Assembly (NCBI RefSeq): GCF_051903065.1
Contig: NZ_CP178438.1
From: Escherichia coli
GTDB taxonomy: Bacteria; Pseudomonadota; Gammaproteobacteria; Enterobacterales; Enterobacteriaceae
Strand: one strand, 5' to 3'
Length of the DNA stretch: 64,000 nucleotides
Positions 10,637 through 21,233 of this stretch are shown one piece after another. The position numbers were made by a program, and so were the translations under genes. Every line of letters starts with the position of its first letter. Positions within the stretch are counted from its first letter, which is position 1. The notes beneath the pieces are model-generated. The model saw nothing but the letters and a program-made list of their open reading frames with translations. It did no database searches and was not told the DNA's origin.

Positions 10637-11653
10637 TTACTGCACCGCTTTACTCACCGAACTCATCGCGCTTAGCGCGTTGTTCAGGCGGTCCAGGTCA
10701 TCCAGCTGCGCCTGAATCTCGGTGGTTTTTGCCAGCTTGTCCTGCTCATTCAGTCCTTTATTGCTTTTCACGCCCTGCATCTCTTTAAACAGCGCGAGCT
10801 GGCGAATCGGCACCAGTTGCAGGTCGCTGGAGGCGCGGAACGGCGCCCAGCCCAGGCGTTCCAGCACCGCTTTCTCTTCCGGCGTTTTGCCGTAGTTCAT
10901 AAAGAAGTCGTAGATCTTGTCTTTGGTGGTTTCGGAAAGGTTTTTACGCCAGACGATCGGATCGCCTGGGATCAGCGGCGACTTCCAGATCACTTTCAGT
11001 TCTTTCAACTTCTCCGGCGCGGAGGTTTTCAGCTTGTCGAGGTTTTCGGTGTTGTTAGTGGCAACATCCACCTGCTTGTTGGCGACGGCCAGCGCGTTGG
11101 TTTCATGCCCGGCGTTGACGGTGCGCTTGAAGTCGCTGGCGGAGATATTGTTTTTGGCGAAGACGTAGTAGCCGGGGACGAGGAAGCCAGAGGTGGAGTT
11201 AGGATCGCCATTGCCGAAGGTGAGATCTTTCCGCCTGGCCAGCAGATCGTTCAGGTTGTTGATCGGGCTGTCTTTGTTGACGATCAACACGCTCCAGTAA
11301 CCCGGCGATCCATCCGCCGCGACCGTCTGGGCGAAGACCTGGCCGTTGGCGCGATCCACCGCTTCCATTGCCGACAGGTTGCCGTACCAGGCGATATCCA
11401 CTTTGTTGAAGCGCATTCCCTGGATAATGCCCGCGTAGTCCGGGGCAAAGAAGGCGTTGACCTTCACGCCCAGCTTCTTCTCCATATCCTGTAAAAACGG
11501 CGTCCATTGCGGTTTCAGGTTTTGCTGTGATTCCGTTGAAATAATGCCGAAATTCAGCGCCTTTTCCTGCTCTTCGGCGTGCGCCGGGCTAAACAGGGTG
11601 CTGAGGCTGAACATGCTGGTGAAGGCCAGCGAGGCAATTATCTTAGCGTTCAT
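10637..11653 (-). CDS. phnD: Phosphonate ABC transporter periplasmic binding protein PhnD
   Basis: 338 aa with N-terminal signal peptide; operon position. Confidence 0.93.
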   Translation of the reverse strand: MNAKIIASLAFTSMFSLSTLFSPAHAEEQEKALNFGIISTESQQNLKPQWTPFLQDMEKKLGVKVNAFFAPDYAGIIQGMRFNKVDIAWYGNLSAMEAVDRANGQVFAQTVAADGSPGYWSVLIVNKDSPINNLNDLLARRKDLTFGNGDPNSTSGFLVPGYYVFAKNNISASDFKRTVNAGHETNALAVANKQVDVATNNTENLDKLKTSAPEKLKELKVIWKSPLIPGDPIVWRKNLSETTKDKIYDFFMNYGKTPEEKAVLERLGWAPFRASSDLQLVPIRQLALFKEMQGVKSNKGLNEQDKLAKTTEIQAQLDDLDRLNNALSAMSSVSKAVQ

Positions 11654-11677
11654 TCGTTTTCCTCAATGATGGGGATG

Positions 11678-12466
11678 TCAGGCAGCTTTCGCGTTCTCTT
11701 CGACGCGGTTAATGCTGCGGTAGAGATGGTCAAAACGTTCGTTATCAAACTGTTGGCTACTACCGTCGTAGAAGACGTGTCCCTGACGCAGGGCGACGAT
11801 GCGTTCGCAGTAGCGCAGGGCGTAATCCACCTGATGCAGCGTGACGACCACGGTGATGCCGTCGTTCTGATTGATGTCGCGCAGGGTGTCCATCACGATG
11901 CGGGCGGATTCCGGGTCCAGCGAGGCGATCGGTTCGTCGGCCAGAATCACCTTCGCCTGCTGCATCAGCGCGCGGGCAATCGCCACACGCTGCTGCTGGC
12001 CGCCGGAGAGGGTGGAAACGCGCTGATGGGCAAAATGCACCATGCCAACGCGGGTCAGCGCCTGTAACGCGCGCTGTTTCTGCTCGCCGGTGAACCAGCT
12101 AAAACAGGTGCGCCAGAACGGCGTGCTGCCGAGCGCGCCAATCAGCACGTTCTCCAGTACGCTCAGGCGATTCACCAGGTTGAATTGTTGGAAGATGTAG
12201 CCGGTGTTGGCGCGGCTTTTGCGGATATCGCGGGCCAGACGGCCATTTTGCTGGACGGTACGGCCCAGCAGTTCGACGCGGCATTCTGGCTTTTTATCGC
12301 CGACAATCAGGCCGCTTAAGTGACGTAAAAGGGTGGATTTGCCGGAACCCGACGGCCCAAGCAGAGCCACCATTTCACCGTGATGAATGTTCAGATCAAC
12401 CGCATGCAGCGCCTGATGCTGATTGAAGGTTTTGCTCAGTTGTTCGACGCGGATAATCGTTTGCAT
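11678..12466 (-). CDS. phnC: Phosphonate ABC transporter ATP-binding protein PhnC
   Basis: 262 aa; Walker [10 protein letters not shown], signature LSGGQQQR; first gene of the operon. Confidence 0.93.
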   Translation of the reverse strand: MQTIIRVEQLSKTFNQHQALHAVDLNIHHGEMVALLGPSGSGKSTLLRHLSGLIVGDKKPECRVELLGRTVQQNGRLARDIRKSRANTGYIFQQFNLVNRLSVLENVLIGALGSTPFWRTCFSWFTGEQKQRALQALTRVGMVHFAHQRVSTLSGGQQQRVAIARALMQQAKVILADEPIASLDPESARIVMDTLRDINQNDGITVVVTLHQVDYALRYCERIVALRQGHVFYDGSSQQFDNERFDHLYRSINRVEENAKAA

Positions 12467-12510
12467 GATGTAGCCTCCCTAAAAAAGTGGCTCCATCGTG
12501 GCGGATTATT

Positions 12511-12543
12511 GTGACGATTTGGTTAATTAAAAGTGACTAACAG
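12511..12543 (-). promoter_or_regulatory. Putative PhoB-binding Pho box of the phn promoter
   Basis: Minus-strand CTGTTAGTCACTTTTAATTAACCAAATCGTCAC about 45-75 bp upstream of the phnC ATG; CTGT-type 7-bp repeats typical of Pho boxes. Exact extent not verified. Confidence 0.55.
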
Positions 12544-12598
12544 ATGAAGAGTTAACGGGAATTCGATGACAGTGCGGGAGGGCGGGCCTCCCGGCGGA

Positions 12599-13042
12599 TT
12601 ATTGCGTTGGTTGTTGTTTGACGACATTAATCATCCACGGTACGCCAAATTTATCGGTGACTTTGCCAAAGCCATGCGCCCAGAAAGTTTCCTGCCAGGC
12701 CATTTCGATTTTTCCGTTAGCTGCAAGGTTATCAAACCAGCGTTTTCCTTCTTCGACCTGTTGCGAATCGAGCACCAGCGTAAAGCCGGAGTAGCTGGCT
12801 TTTCCTGACGGCATGGCATCGCTCATCATGATGTCGCTTCCGGCAATACGCACGTTGGCATGAGCGATGGCAGTATCGGGAAATTGCATTCCGGAAGGGC
12901 AGTTCTCGGCGCTGTCCTGCGCTGATTTTGGCATTTCGCCGAAGCTGATTTTATAGAGCAGTTCAGCGCCCAACGTACGTTGATAATAGGCAATCGCGTC
13001 GGAGCAGTTACCGGCAAAAGAGAGGTAGGGACTTAACGGCAT
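12599..13042 (-). CDS. yjdN: VOC/glyoxalase-fold protein YjdN (PhnB)
   Basis: 147 aa; position between phnC and yjdM. Confidence 0.85.
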   Translation of the reverse strand: MPLSPYLSFAGNCSDAIAYYQRTLGAELLYKISFGEMPKSAQDSAENCPSGMQFPDTAIAHANVRIAGSDIMMSDAMPSGKASYSGFTLVLDSQQVEEGKRWFDNLAANGKIEMAWQETFWAHGFGKVTDKFGVPWMINVVKQQPTQ

Positions 13043-13104
13043 GATGGTGACCTCAGTTAAGAGAAGCCAGTTAAGTGTAGTTCGAAATTTATACAGATGA
13101 GAGG

Positions 13105-13665
<561 letters not shown>

Positions 13666-13676
13666 TCACAATACAA

Positions 13677-14012
13677 TCAGTTCTTTTTCACAAACTCAGA
13701 TTTCAGTTTCATCGGACCAAAACCGTCGATTTTGCAATCGATGTTATGGTCGCCTTCAACCAGGCGGATATTTTTCACTTTGGTGCCAATTTTCAGCATC
13801 GAAGAGCTACCTTTCACCTTCAGATCTTTAATGATGGTAACGCTGTCGCCGTCAGCCAGCAGATTGCCGTTAGCATCTTTAACGATCAGCTCGTCGCTTT
13901 CCTGTGCAGGTTCTGCGTCGTTCCATTCGTAGGCACATTCCGGGCAGATGTACATGCCGTTATCTTCGTAAGTGTATTCGGAGTTGCATTTTGGGCAGTG
14001 TGGTAATGACAT
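13677..14012 (-). CDS. yjdM: Zinc-ribbon protein YjdM (PhnA)
   Basis: 111 aa from [30 protein letters not shown]; two CxxC pairs; track ORF is a 5-prime extension into the BIME array. Confidence 0.9.
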
Positions 14013-14414
14013 GTGGATTTCCTCAAAAGTCAGCAGGGCAAAAGCGCCAAAAAACGGCAGATTGCCGAAAAAGGCCGCAATTATACACAAAATCCCTGAG
14101 TTTGTCGGGGGTACTGCTGATTTTAGACGACGATCGTTTTCATTTGAAAGAAAACGCAAAAAGAAAATAATCTTTTTGCCTCCATTTATTATTTAAGATA
14201 AGGTTAATGCTCTACTTGTTCTTTTTTTTTATTCACATGATATTTTTATCTTTCTGACGTTTTAAACGTATCGGAAGATGTTATTTATTCTAATAAAAAA
14301 CAACACTCTAAATATAAAATTATTTCTTGCAGTAATTATAAAAGCCGAAAACAGAACTCAAAAACAATCTGGCTAAATAAAAGTAATAAAATTTGCTTTA
14401 AGGAAGAATTTTCT

Positions 14415-16643
14415 ATGTACACACAGACCCTGTATGAGTTAAGTCAGGAGGCTGAACGGCTGTTACAGCTTTCTCGCCAACAGTTGCAGTTACTGGAAAA
14501 AATGCCTCTCTCTGTACCCGGAGACGATGCGCCACAACTGGCTTTACCCTGGAGTCAGCCTAATATCGCCGAGCGTCACGCGATGCTGAATAATGAGTTG
14601 CGTAAAATTTCCCGACTGGAAATGGTGCTGGCGATTGTCGGTACCATGAAAGCAGGGAAATCAACCACCATTAATGCCATTGTTGGTACGGAGGTACTGC
14701 CTAATCGCAATCGCCCAATGACTGCGCTGCCGACGCTTATTCGCCATACGCCCGGGCAAAAAGAACCGGTACTGCATTTTTCACATGTCGCACCAATCGA
14801 TTGTTTAATTCAAAAATTACAACAGCGCCTGCGTGATTGCGATATTAAGCATCTGACCGATGTGCTGGAAATAGATAAAGATATGCGTGCGCTTATGCAG
14901 CGGATCGAAAATGGCGTCGCTTTCGAAAAATATTATCTGGGTGCCCAGCCTATTTTTCATTGTCTGAAAAGTTTGAATGATTTAGTGCGACTGGCGAAGG
15001 CGCTGGACGTCGATTTTCCTTTTTCTGCTTACGCCGCCATTGAGCATATTCCCGTGATTGAAGTGGAGTTTGTCCATCTGGCGGGGCTGGAGAGTTATCC
15101 CGGTCAGTTGACGTTACTGGATACCCCCGGGCCAAATGAAGCCGGGCAACCGCATCTGCAAAAAATGCTTAACCAGCAGCTGGCTCGCGCCTCGGCGGTA
15201 CTGGCGGTGCTGGATTATACGCAACTGAAATCGATCTCCGATGAAGAGGTCCGTGAGGCGATTTTGGCGGTGGGGCAATCGGTGCCGCTGTATGTGCTGG
15301 TCAATAAGTTCGATCAACAGGATCGTAACAGTGACGACGCCGACCAGGTGCGGGCACTGATTTCCGGGACGCTGATGAAAGGCTGTATTACGCCACAGCA
15401 GATATTTCCGGTGTCGTCGATGTGGGGCTACCTGGCAAATCGGGCGCGCCATGAGTTAGCCAACAACGATAAGTTACCAGCGCCAGAGCAACAACGCTGG
15501 GTGGAAGATTTTGCCCATGCCGCGCTCGGCAGGCGCTGGCGTCATGCCGATCTGGCGGACCTCGAACATATTCGTCATGCTGCCGATCAGTTGTGGGAAG
15601 ATTCGCTGTTCGCCCAGCCAATTCAGGCGCTGCTTCATGCCGCTTACGCTAACGCCTCGTTGTATGCTCTGCGATCTGCCGCGCATAAACTGTTGAATTA
15701 TGCGCAGCAGGCGCGGGAATACCTGGATTTTCGTGCGCACGGGTTAAACGTCGCTTGTGAACAATTGCGGCAAAATATCCACCAGATCGAAGAAAGTTTG
15801 CAGCTATTGCAACTCAATCAGGCGCAGGTGAGCGGCGAGATTAAACATGAAATCGAGCTGGCCCTGACCTCCGCCAACCTCTTTCTGCGTCAACAGCAAG
15901 ATGCGCTGAATGCGCAGTTAGCCGCCTTGTTTCAGGATGATTCGGAGCCGTTAAGCGAGATTCGTACCCGCTGTGAGACACTGTTACAGACGGCGCAGAA
16001 CACCATCAGTCGCGACTTTACGCTGCGTTTTGCCGAGCTTGAATCCACCCTTTGCCGGGTGTTAACCGATGTTATTCGCCCCATTGAGCAACAAGTCAAA
16101 ATGGAATTGAGCGAGTCAGGGTTTCGTCCTGGGTTTCATTTTCCTGTTTTTCACGGCGTAGTTCCCCACTTCAACACTCGTCAGCTGTTCAGTGAAGTCA
16201 TTTCGCGCCAGGAAGCAACGGACGAGCAGAGCACGCGTTTAGGCGTTGTGCGTGAGACTTTTTCGCGCTGGTTGAATCAGCCTGACTGGGGACGGGGAAA
16301 TGAGAAATCCCCGACAGAAACGGTTGATTACAGTGTGTTGCAACGAGCATTAAGCGCAGAAGTCGATCTTTATTGCCAACAAATGGCTAAAGTTCTGGCA
16401 GAGCAGGTCGATGAATCTGTTACGGCAGGCATGAATACTTTTTTCGCTGAGTTCGCTTCATGTTTGACGGAATTACAGACGCGTTTACGCGAAAGTCTGG
16501 CTCTGCGTCAACAAAATGAATCGGTGGTCAGGCTGATGCAACAGCAATTGCAGCAGACTGTGATGACTCACGGCTGGATTTACACCGACGCTCAGCTGTT
16601 ACGCGATGATATTCAAACACTTTTCACGGCAGAACGATATTGA
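14415..16643 (+). CDS. crfC: Dynamin-like GTPase CrfC (YjdA)
   Basis: 742 aa; GTPase P-loop GTMKAGKST; long coiled-coil-like C-terminal half. Confidence 0.9.
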   Translation: MYTQTLYELSQEAERLLQLSRQQLQLLEKMPLSVPGDDAPQLALPWSQPNIAERHAMLNNELRKISRLEMVLAIVGTMKAGKSTTINAIVGTEVLPNRNRPMTALPTLIRHTPGQKEPVLHFSHVAPIDCLIQKLQQRLRDCDIKHLTDVLEIDKDMRALMQRIENGVAFEKYYLGAQPIFHCLKSLNDLVRLAKALDVDFPFSAYAAIEHIPVIEVEFVHLAGLESYPGQLTLLDTPGPNEAGQPHLQKMLNQQLARASAVLAVLDYTQLKSISDEEVREAILAVGQSVPLYVLVNKFDQQDRNSDDADQVRALISGTLMKGCITPQQIFPVSSMWGYLANRARHELANNDKLPAPEQQRWVEDFAHAALGRRWRHADLADLEHIRHAADQLWEDSLFAQPIQALLHAAYANASLYALRSAAHKLLNYAQQAREYLDFRAHGLNVACEQLRQNIHQIEESLQLLQLNQAQVSGEIKHEIELALTSANLFLRQQQDALNAQLAALFQDDSEPLSEIRTRCETLLQTAQNTISRDFTLRFAELESTLCRVLTDVIRPIEQQVKMELSESGFRPGFHFPVFHGVVPHFNTRQLFSEVISRQEATDEQSTRLGVVRETFSRWLNQPDWGRGNEKSPTETVDYSVLQRALSAEVDLYCQQMAKVLAEQVDESVTAGMNTFFAEFASCLTELQTRLRESLALRQQNESVVRLMQQQLQQTVMTHGWIYTDAQLLRDDIQTLFTAERY

Positions 16644-17518
16644 CCAAGACGTTACTGGACGGCCCCGGTCGCGTGCTGGAGTCGGTTTATCCCCGCTTTT
16701 TAGTGGATCTGGCGCAGGGCGATGATGCCCGCCTTCCACAAGCCCATCAGCAGCAGTTTCGTGAACGACTGATGCAGGAACTTCTTGCGCGCGTGCAGCT
16801 TCAGACATGGACGAACGGCGGGATGTTAAATGCGCCGCTTAGTCTGCGTCTGACATTGGTGGAAAAACTGGCGTCGATGCTGGATCCCGGTCATCTGGCA
16901 CTGACGCAGATCGCGCAGCATCTGGCGCTGCTGCAAAAAATGGATCACCGCCAGCACTCTGCTTTCCCGGAGCTCCCCCAGCAAATTGCCGCCTTGTATG
17001 AGTGGTTTTCAGCCCGTTGTCGCTGGAAGGAAAAGGCGTTAACGCAACGAGGCCTACTGGTGCAGGCGGGTGAACAGAGCGAGCAAATTTTTACCCGCTG
17101 GCGTGCTGGGGCGTATAACGCCTGGTCGTTGCCTGGGCGCTGTTTTATCGTTCTCGAAGAGTTGCGTTGGGGGGCATTTGGCGATGCCTGTCGTCTGGGA
17201 AGCCCGCAAGCGGTGGCGTTGTTGCTGGGTGATTTGCGCGTGAAAGCGACACAACATCTGGCAGAGAGTATCAATGCGGCCCCGACCACGCGTCACTATT
17301 ACCATCAGTGGTTTGCCTCTTCGACCGTTCCGACGGGCGGGGATCATGCTGATTTTTTAAGTTGGCTGGGAAAGTGGACCACGGCAGATAAACAACCCGT
17401 TTGCTGGTCAGTGACCCAACGCTGGCAAACTGTCGCGCTGGGGATGCCACGACTCTGTTCAGCGCAGCGTCTGGCGGGGGCAATGCTCGAGGAAATCTTC
17501 TCTGTAAATTTGGTGTAA
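16640..17518 (+). CDS. yjcZ: YjcZ, partner protein encoded immediately downstream of crfC
   Basis: 292 aa; start overlaps crfC stop by 4 nt, suggesting translational coupling. Confidence 0.85.
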   Translation: MTKTLLDGPGRVLESVYPRFLVDLAQGDDARLPQAHQQQFRERLMQELLARVQLQTWTNGGMLNAPLSLRLTLVEKLASMLDPGHLALTQIAQHLALLQKMDHRQHSAFPELPQQIAALYEWFSARCRWKEKALTQRGLLVQAGEQSEQIFTRWRAGAYNAWSLPGRCFIVLEELRWGAFGDACRLGSPQAVALLLGDLRVKATQHLAESINAAPTTRHYYHQWFASSTVPTGGDHADFLSWLGKWTTADKQPVCWSVTQRWQTVALGMPRLCSAQRLAGAMLEEIFSVNLV

Positions 17519-17781
17519 ATAATCAGTTACATCAATGAGTCCTAAACGAAATCCATGTGTGAAGTTGATCACAAATTTAAACGCTGGTAGGGTAAAAAGG
17601 TCATTAACTGCCCAATTCAGGCGTCAACTGGTTTGATTGTACATTCCTTAACCGGAGGGTGTAAGCAAACCCGCTACGCTTGTTACAGAGATTGCATCCT
17701 GCAATTCCCGCTCCCCTTTTGCGGCCGTCGCGCTGATTTTTCTGGCGTTTGCGGAAATGGGCCAACTCTGCGAGGAAAGCT

Positions 17782-19284
17782 ATGCTGAAAAGGAAAAAAG
17801 TAAAACCAATTACCCTTCGTGATGTCACCATTATTGATGACGGTAAACTGCGGAAAGCCATTACCGCAGCATCACTGGGTAATGCAATGGAATGGTTCGA
17901 TTTTGGTGTTTATGGTTTTGTTGCTTACGCATTAGGTAAAGTTTTTTTCCCGGGGGCTGACCCCAGCGTGCAGATGGTTGCTGCACTTGCCACGTTCTCC
18001 GTTCCCTTTCTGATTCGACCGCTTGGCGGACTCTTCTTTGGTATGTTGGGCGATAAATATGGTCGCCAGAAGATCCTCGCTATCACTATTGTGATTATGT
18101 CGATCAGTACGTTCTGTATTGGCTTAATACCGTCCTACGACACGATTGGTATTTGGGCACCGATTCTGCTGTTGATCTGTAAGATGGCACAAGGTTTCTC
18201 GGTCGGCGGTGAATATACCGGGGCGTCGATATTTGTTGCGGAATACTCCCCTGACCGTAAACGTGGCTTTATGGGCAGCTGGCTGGACTTCGGTTCTATT
18301 GCCGGGTTTGTGCTGGGTGCGGGCGTGGTGGTGTTAATTTCGACCATTGTCGGCGAAGCGAACTTCCTCGACTGGGGCTGGCGTATTCCGTTCTTTATTG
18401 CTCTGCCGTTAGGGATTATCGGGCTTTACCTGCGCCATGCGCTGGAAGAAACTCCGGCGTTCCAGCAGCATGTTGATAAACTGGAACAGGGCGACCGCGA
18501 AGGTTTGCAGGATGGCCCGAAAGTCTCGTTTAAAGAGATTGCCACTAAATACTGGCGCAGCCTGTTGACATGTATTGGTCTGGTAATTGCCACCAACGTG
18601 ACTTACTACATGTTGCTGACCTATATGCCGAGTTATTTGTCGCATAACCTGCATTACTCCGAAGACCACGGGGTGCTGATTATTATCGCCATTATGATCG
18701 GTATGCTGTTTGTCCAGCCGGTGATGGGCTTGCTGAGTGACCGTTTTGGCCGTCGTCCGTTTGTGCTACTTGGTAGTGTTGCACTGTTTGTGTTGGCGAT
18801 CCCGGCGTTTATTCTGATTAACAGTAACGTCATCGGCCTGATTTTTGCCGGGTTACTGATGCTGGCGGTGATCCTTAACTGCTTTACGGGCGTTATGGCT
18901 TCTACCTTGCCAGCGATGTTCCCGACGCATATCCGTTACAGCGCGCTGGCGGCGGCATTTAATATTTCGGTGCTGGTTGCCGGTCTGACGCCAACATTGG
19001 CGGCCTGGCTGGTCGAAAGCTCGCAGAATCTGATGATGCCAGCCTATTACCTGATGGTAGTGGCGGTGGTTGGTTTAATCACCGGCGTAACCATGAAAGA
19101 GACGGCAAATCGTCCGTTGAAAGGTGCAACACCGGCGGCGTCAGATATACAGGAAGCGAAGGAAATTCTCGTCGAGCATTACGATAATATCGAGCAGAAA
19201 ATCGATGATATTGACCACGAGATTGCCGATTTGCAGGCGAAACGTACCCGCCTGGTGCAGCAACATCCGCGAATTGATGAATAA
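17782..19284 (+). CDS. proP: Proline/glycine betaine:H+ symporter ProP (MFS)
   Basis: 500 aa from MLKRKKVKPITLRDVTIIDDGK; MFS topology with C-terminal coiled-coil tail (IDDIDHEIADLQAKR). Confidence 0.93.
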   Translation: MLKRKKVKPITLRDVTIIDDGKLRKAITAASLGNAMEWFDFGVYGFVAYALGKVFFPGADPSVQMVAALATFSVPFLIRPLGGLFFGMLGDKYGRQKILAITIVIMSISTFCIGLIPSYDTIGIWAPILLLICKMAQGFSVGGEYTGASIFVAEYSPDRKRGFMGSWLDFGSIAGFVLGAGVVVLISTIVGEANFLDWGWRIPFFIALPLGIIGLYLRHALEETPAFQQHVDKLEQGDREGLQDGPKVSFKEIATKYWRSLLTCIGLVIATNVTYYMLLTYMPSYLSHNLHYSEDHGVLIIIAIMIGMLFVQPVMGLLSDRFGRRPFVLLGSVALFVLAIPAFILINSNVIGLIFAGLLMLAVILNCFTGVMASTLPAMFPTHIRYSALAAAFNISVLVAGLTPTLAAWLVESSQNLMMPAYYLMVVAVVGLITGVTMKETANRPLKGATPAASDIQEAKEILVEHYDNIEQKIDDIDHEIADLQAKRTRLVQQHPRIDE

Positions 19285-19337
19285 GCTGAAACGGATGGCC
19301 TGATGTGACGCTGTCTTATCAGACCAACAATTGAACT

Positions 19338-19354
19338 CTTAAGGTTCACTTAAT
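19338..19354 (+). promoter_or_regulatory. PmrA/BasR box upstream of pmrR
   Basis: CTTAAG-gttca-CTTAAT, an exact match to the YTTAAK-N5-YTTAAK direct-repeat consensus, about 45 bp upstream of the pmrR ATG. Confidence 0.7.
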
Positions 19355-19398
19355 CTCTGACGCGCATACTCTCCTCCAGGTTAACGGAGGAGAGTGCA

Positions 19399-19488
19399 AT
19401 GAAAAACCGTGTTTATGAAAGTTTAACTACCGTGTTCAGCGTGCTGGTGGTCAGCAGCTTTCTTTATATCTGGTTTGCCACGTACTGA
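19399..19488 (+). CDS. pmrR: Small membrane protein PmrR (29 aa)
   Basis: ATG preceded by GGAGG; MKNRVYESLTTVFSVLVVSSFLYIWFATY; below the ORF-track size cutoff; 3-prime end overlaps basS convergently. Confidence 0.8.
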   Translation: MKNRVYESLTTVFSVLVVSSFLYIWFATY

Positions 19489-20555
19489 TCTTTCTTCAGC
19501 CGTATCCAGGCGCGCGTGCCAGAAGTCTCTTGCCGGTTTTGCAGGAAAAACTGCCCGTGATGCAACTGTGTAATGCGGCTGACAATACTTAACCCCAGAC
19601 CAATCCCGCCATAACGGCTGTCCATTCGTACAAACGCTTTACTCAACTCCCCGCATTTACTCTCATCAATACCCGGTCCTTCATCTTCAACGGCCATGAC
19701 CGCTCCGTCATCTTCTTGCAGCTTAATCATAATGTTGCTGCCTTGCGGGCTGTAACGATGGGCGTTTTCTACCAGATTTCGCAATAACATCCGCAGCAGG
19801 GTTGCATCACCCTGAACGGTGATGTCGGCGGTGCTCTCTGGCAATAGCAGGGTTTGCTGTCGCTGGTCGAGCATGGTACTGAGTTCGTCATACGAGGGGA
19901 GAATGACATCTTCCAGCAGTTTTACATGTTGATAATTACCGGAAGAAAATGACTGTCCGGCACGCGCCAGTTGCAGCAGCTGGGAGACGCTCTCCATCAT
20001 CTGATCAAGCCGTGCCACTAACGGTGCTACATCAATGTGATGCGTTTTCGCCAGCAGTTCCAGATGCAAACGTACCCCCGCCAGTGGCGTTCGCAGTTCG
20101 TGCGCGACGTCAGCGGTAAACAACCTTTCGTTATCCAGCGTGCTGGTCAGGCGACTGACCAGATCGTTTAACGCCGAAACCACCGCTTCGATTTCGAGGG
20201 TGGCGCTGTGAATGGCAATGGGCGTTAAGTTGTCGGCGGTGCGCGCTTCCAGCTCTTTTTGCAGCTCCGCCAGCGGGCGGGTGATGCGGCGTACCGCCTG
20301 ATAGCAGATAAATAGCGTCAGGCTGACCATAAAGACGCCGGGGACAATCAGGCTGGCGACCGCCTCGCGGATCTCACGCATGATGTGGCGATCGTTGTTG
20401 CGATTGTCGCGTAGCGCCTGCTCAAACAGCTGAATCTGCTCGGTACTTTCATGCCATAGCCAGAAGACGCTGATCAGCTCAAACACCAACAAAATGGCCC
20501 CGATGGTCAATATCAGCCGTTGGCGCAGCGATATTGGTCGGCGCAGAAAACGCAT
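19464..20555 (-). CDS. basS: Sensor histidine kinase BasS (PmrB)
   Basis: 363 aa from the ATG at MRFLRRPISL; HAMP, H-box (DVAHELRTPL) and ATPase motifs; track ORF begins 3 codons earlier at a TTG. Confidence 0.9.
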   Translation of the reverse strand: MRFLRRPISLRQRLILTIGAILLVFELISVFWLWHESTEQIQLFEQALRDNRNNDRHIMREIREAVASLIVPGVFMVSLTLFICYQAVRRITRPLAELQKELEARTADNLTPIAIHSATLEIEAVVSALNDLVSRLTSTLDNERLFTADVAHELRTPLAGVRLHLELLAKTHHIDVAPLVARLDQMMESVSQLLQLARAGQSFSSGNYQHVKLLEDVILPSYDELSTMLDQRQQTLLLPESTADITVQGDATLLRMLLRNLVENAHRYSPQGSNIMIKLQEDDGAVMAVEDEGPGIDESKCGELSKAFVRMDSRYGGIGLGLSIVSRITQLHHGQFFLQNRQETSGTRAWIRLKKDQYVANQI

Positions 20556-20564
20556 CAGATTCAA

Positions 20565-21233
20565 TTAGTTTTCCTCATTCGCGACCAGCATATAGCCAAA
20601 GCCGCGCACGGTGCGGATACGGGCTTTGCCCACTTTGTCGCGCAGATTGTGGATATGCACTTCCAGGGTGTTGGTCGAGGGTTCATTGTCCCAGTTATAG
20701 ATGTCGTTGTAGAGAATTTCCCGATGCACCGGACTGCCTGCTTTGAGCATTAACCGTGACAGCAGAGCATATTCTTTGGGCGTCAGAATCAACTCTTCAC
20801 CGCCCATCCATACCTGACGCCGACCCATGTTCAGCGTCAGATTGCCAACAATCAGCTCACTTTCGCCCTGATTATTATGGCGTCGTAGCAGGGCGCGGAT
20901 ACGGGCATGTAACTCTTCCAGCGCAAAAGGCTTCACCAGATAGTCGTCGGCACCGACATCCAGCCCGGCGATTTTGTCGGTCAGCGTATCGCGAGCGGTG
21001 AGGATCAGTACCGGCAGGGTATATTTTTTCTGCCGGATACGGGCGAGAAAATGCAGTCCATCTTCGTCGGGTAACCCTAAATCCAGTACCACCAGGCTGT
21101 AATGACCTGCCTCAAGGCTTTGTTCCGCCATCCGCGCGGTTGTCACGCCATCGCACGCGTAGCCTTCGGTTTGCGCCGCCAGAATCAGTCCCTGCAATAA
21201 CAGCGTATCGTCTTCAACAATCAGAATTTTCAT
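20565..21233 (-). CDS. basR: Response regulator BasR (PmrA), OmpR family
   Basis: 222 aa; receiver domain plus winged-helix C-terminus. Confidence 0.93.
   Translation of the reverse strand: MKILIVEDDTLLLQGLILAAQTEGYACDGVTTARMAEQSLEAGHYSLVVLDLGLPDEDGLHFLARIRQKKYTLPVLILTARDTLTDKIAGLDVGADDYLVKPFALEELHARIRALLRRHNNQGESELIVGNLTLNMGRRQVWMGGEELILTPKEYALLSRLMLKAGSPVHREILYNDIYNWDNEPSTNTLEVHIHNLRDKVGKARIRTVRGFGYMLVANEEN

Noticed and set aside
19285-19337. Possible REP element or terminator just after proP (ggcctgatgtgacgctgtcttatcagacc)
   Set aside because: Only a degenerate REP-like half palindrome; too weak to call either a REP unit or an intrinsic terminator.
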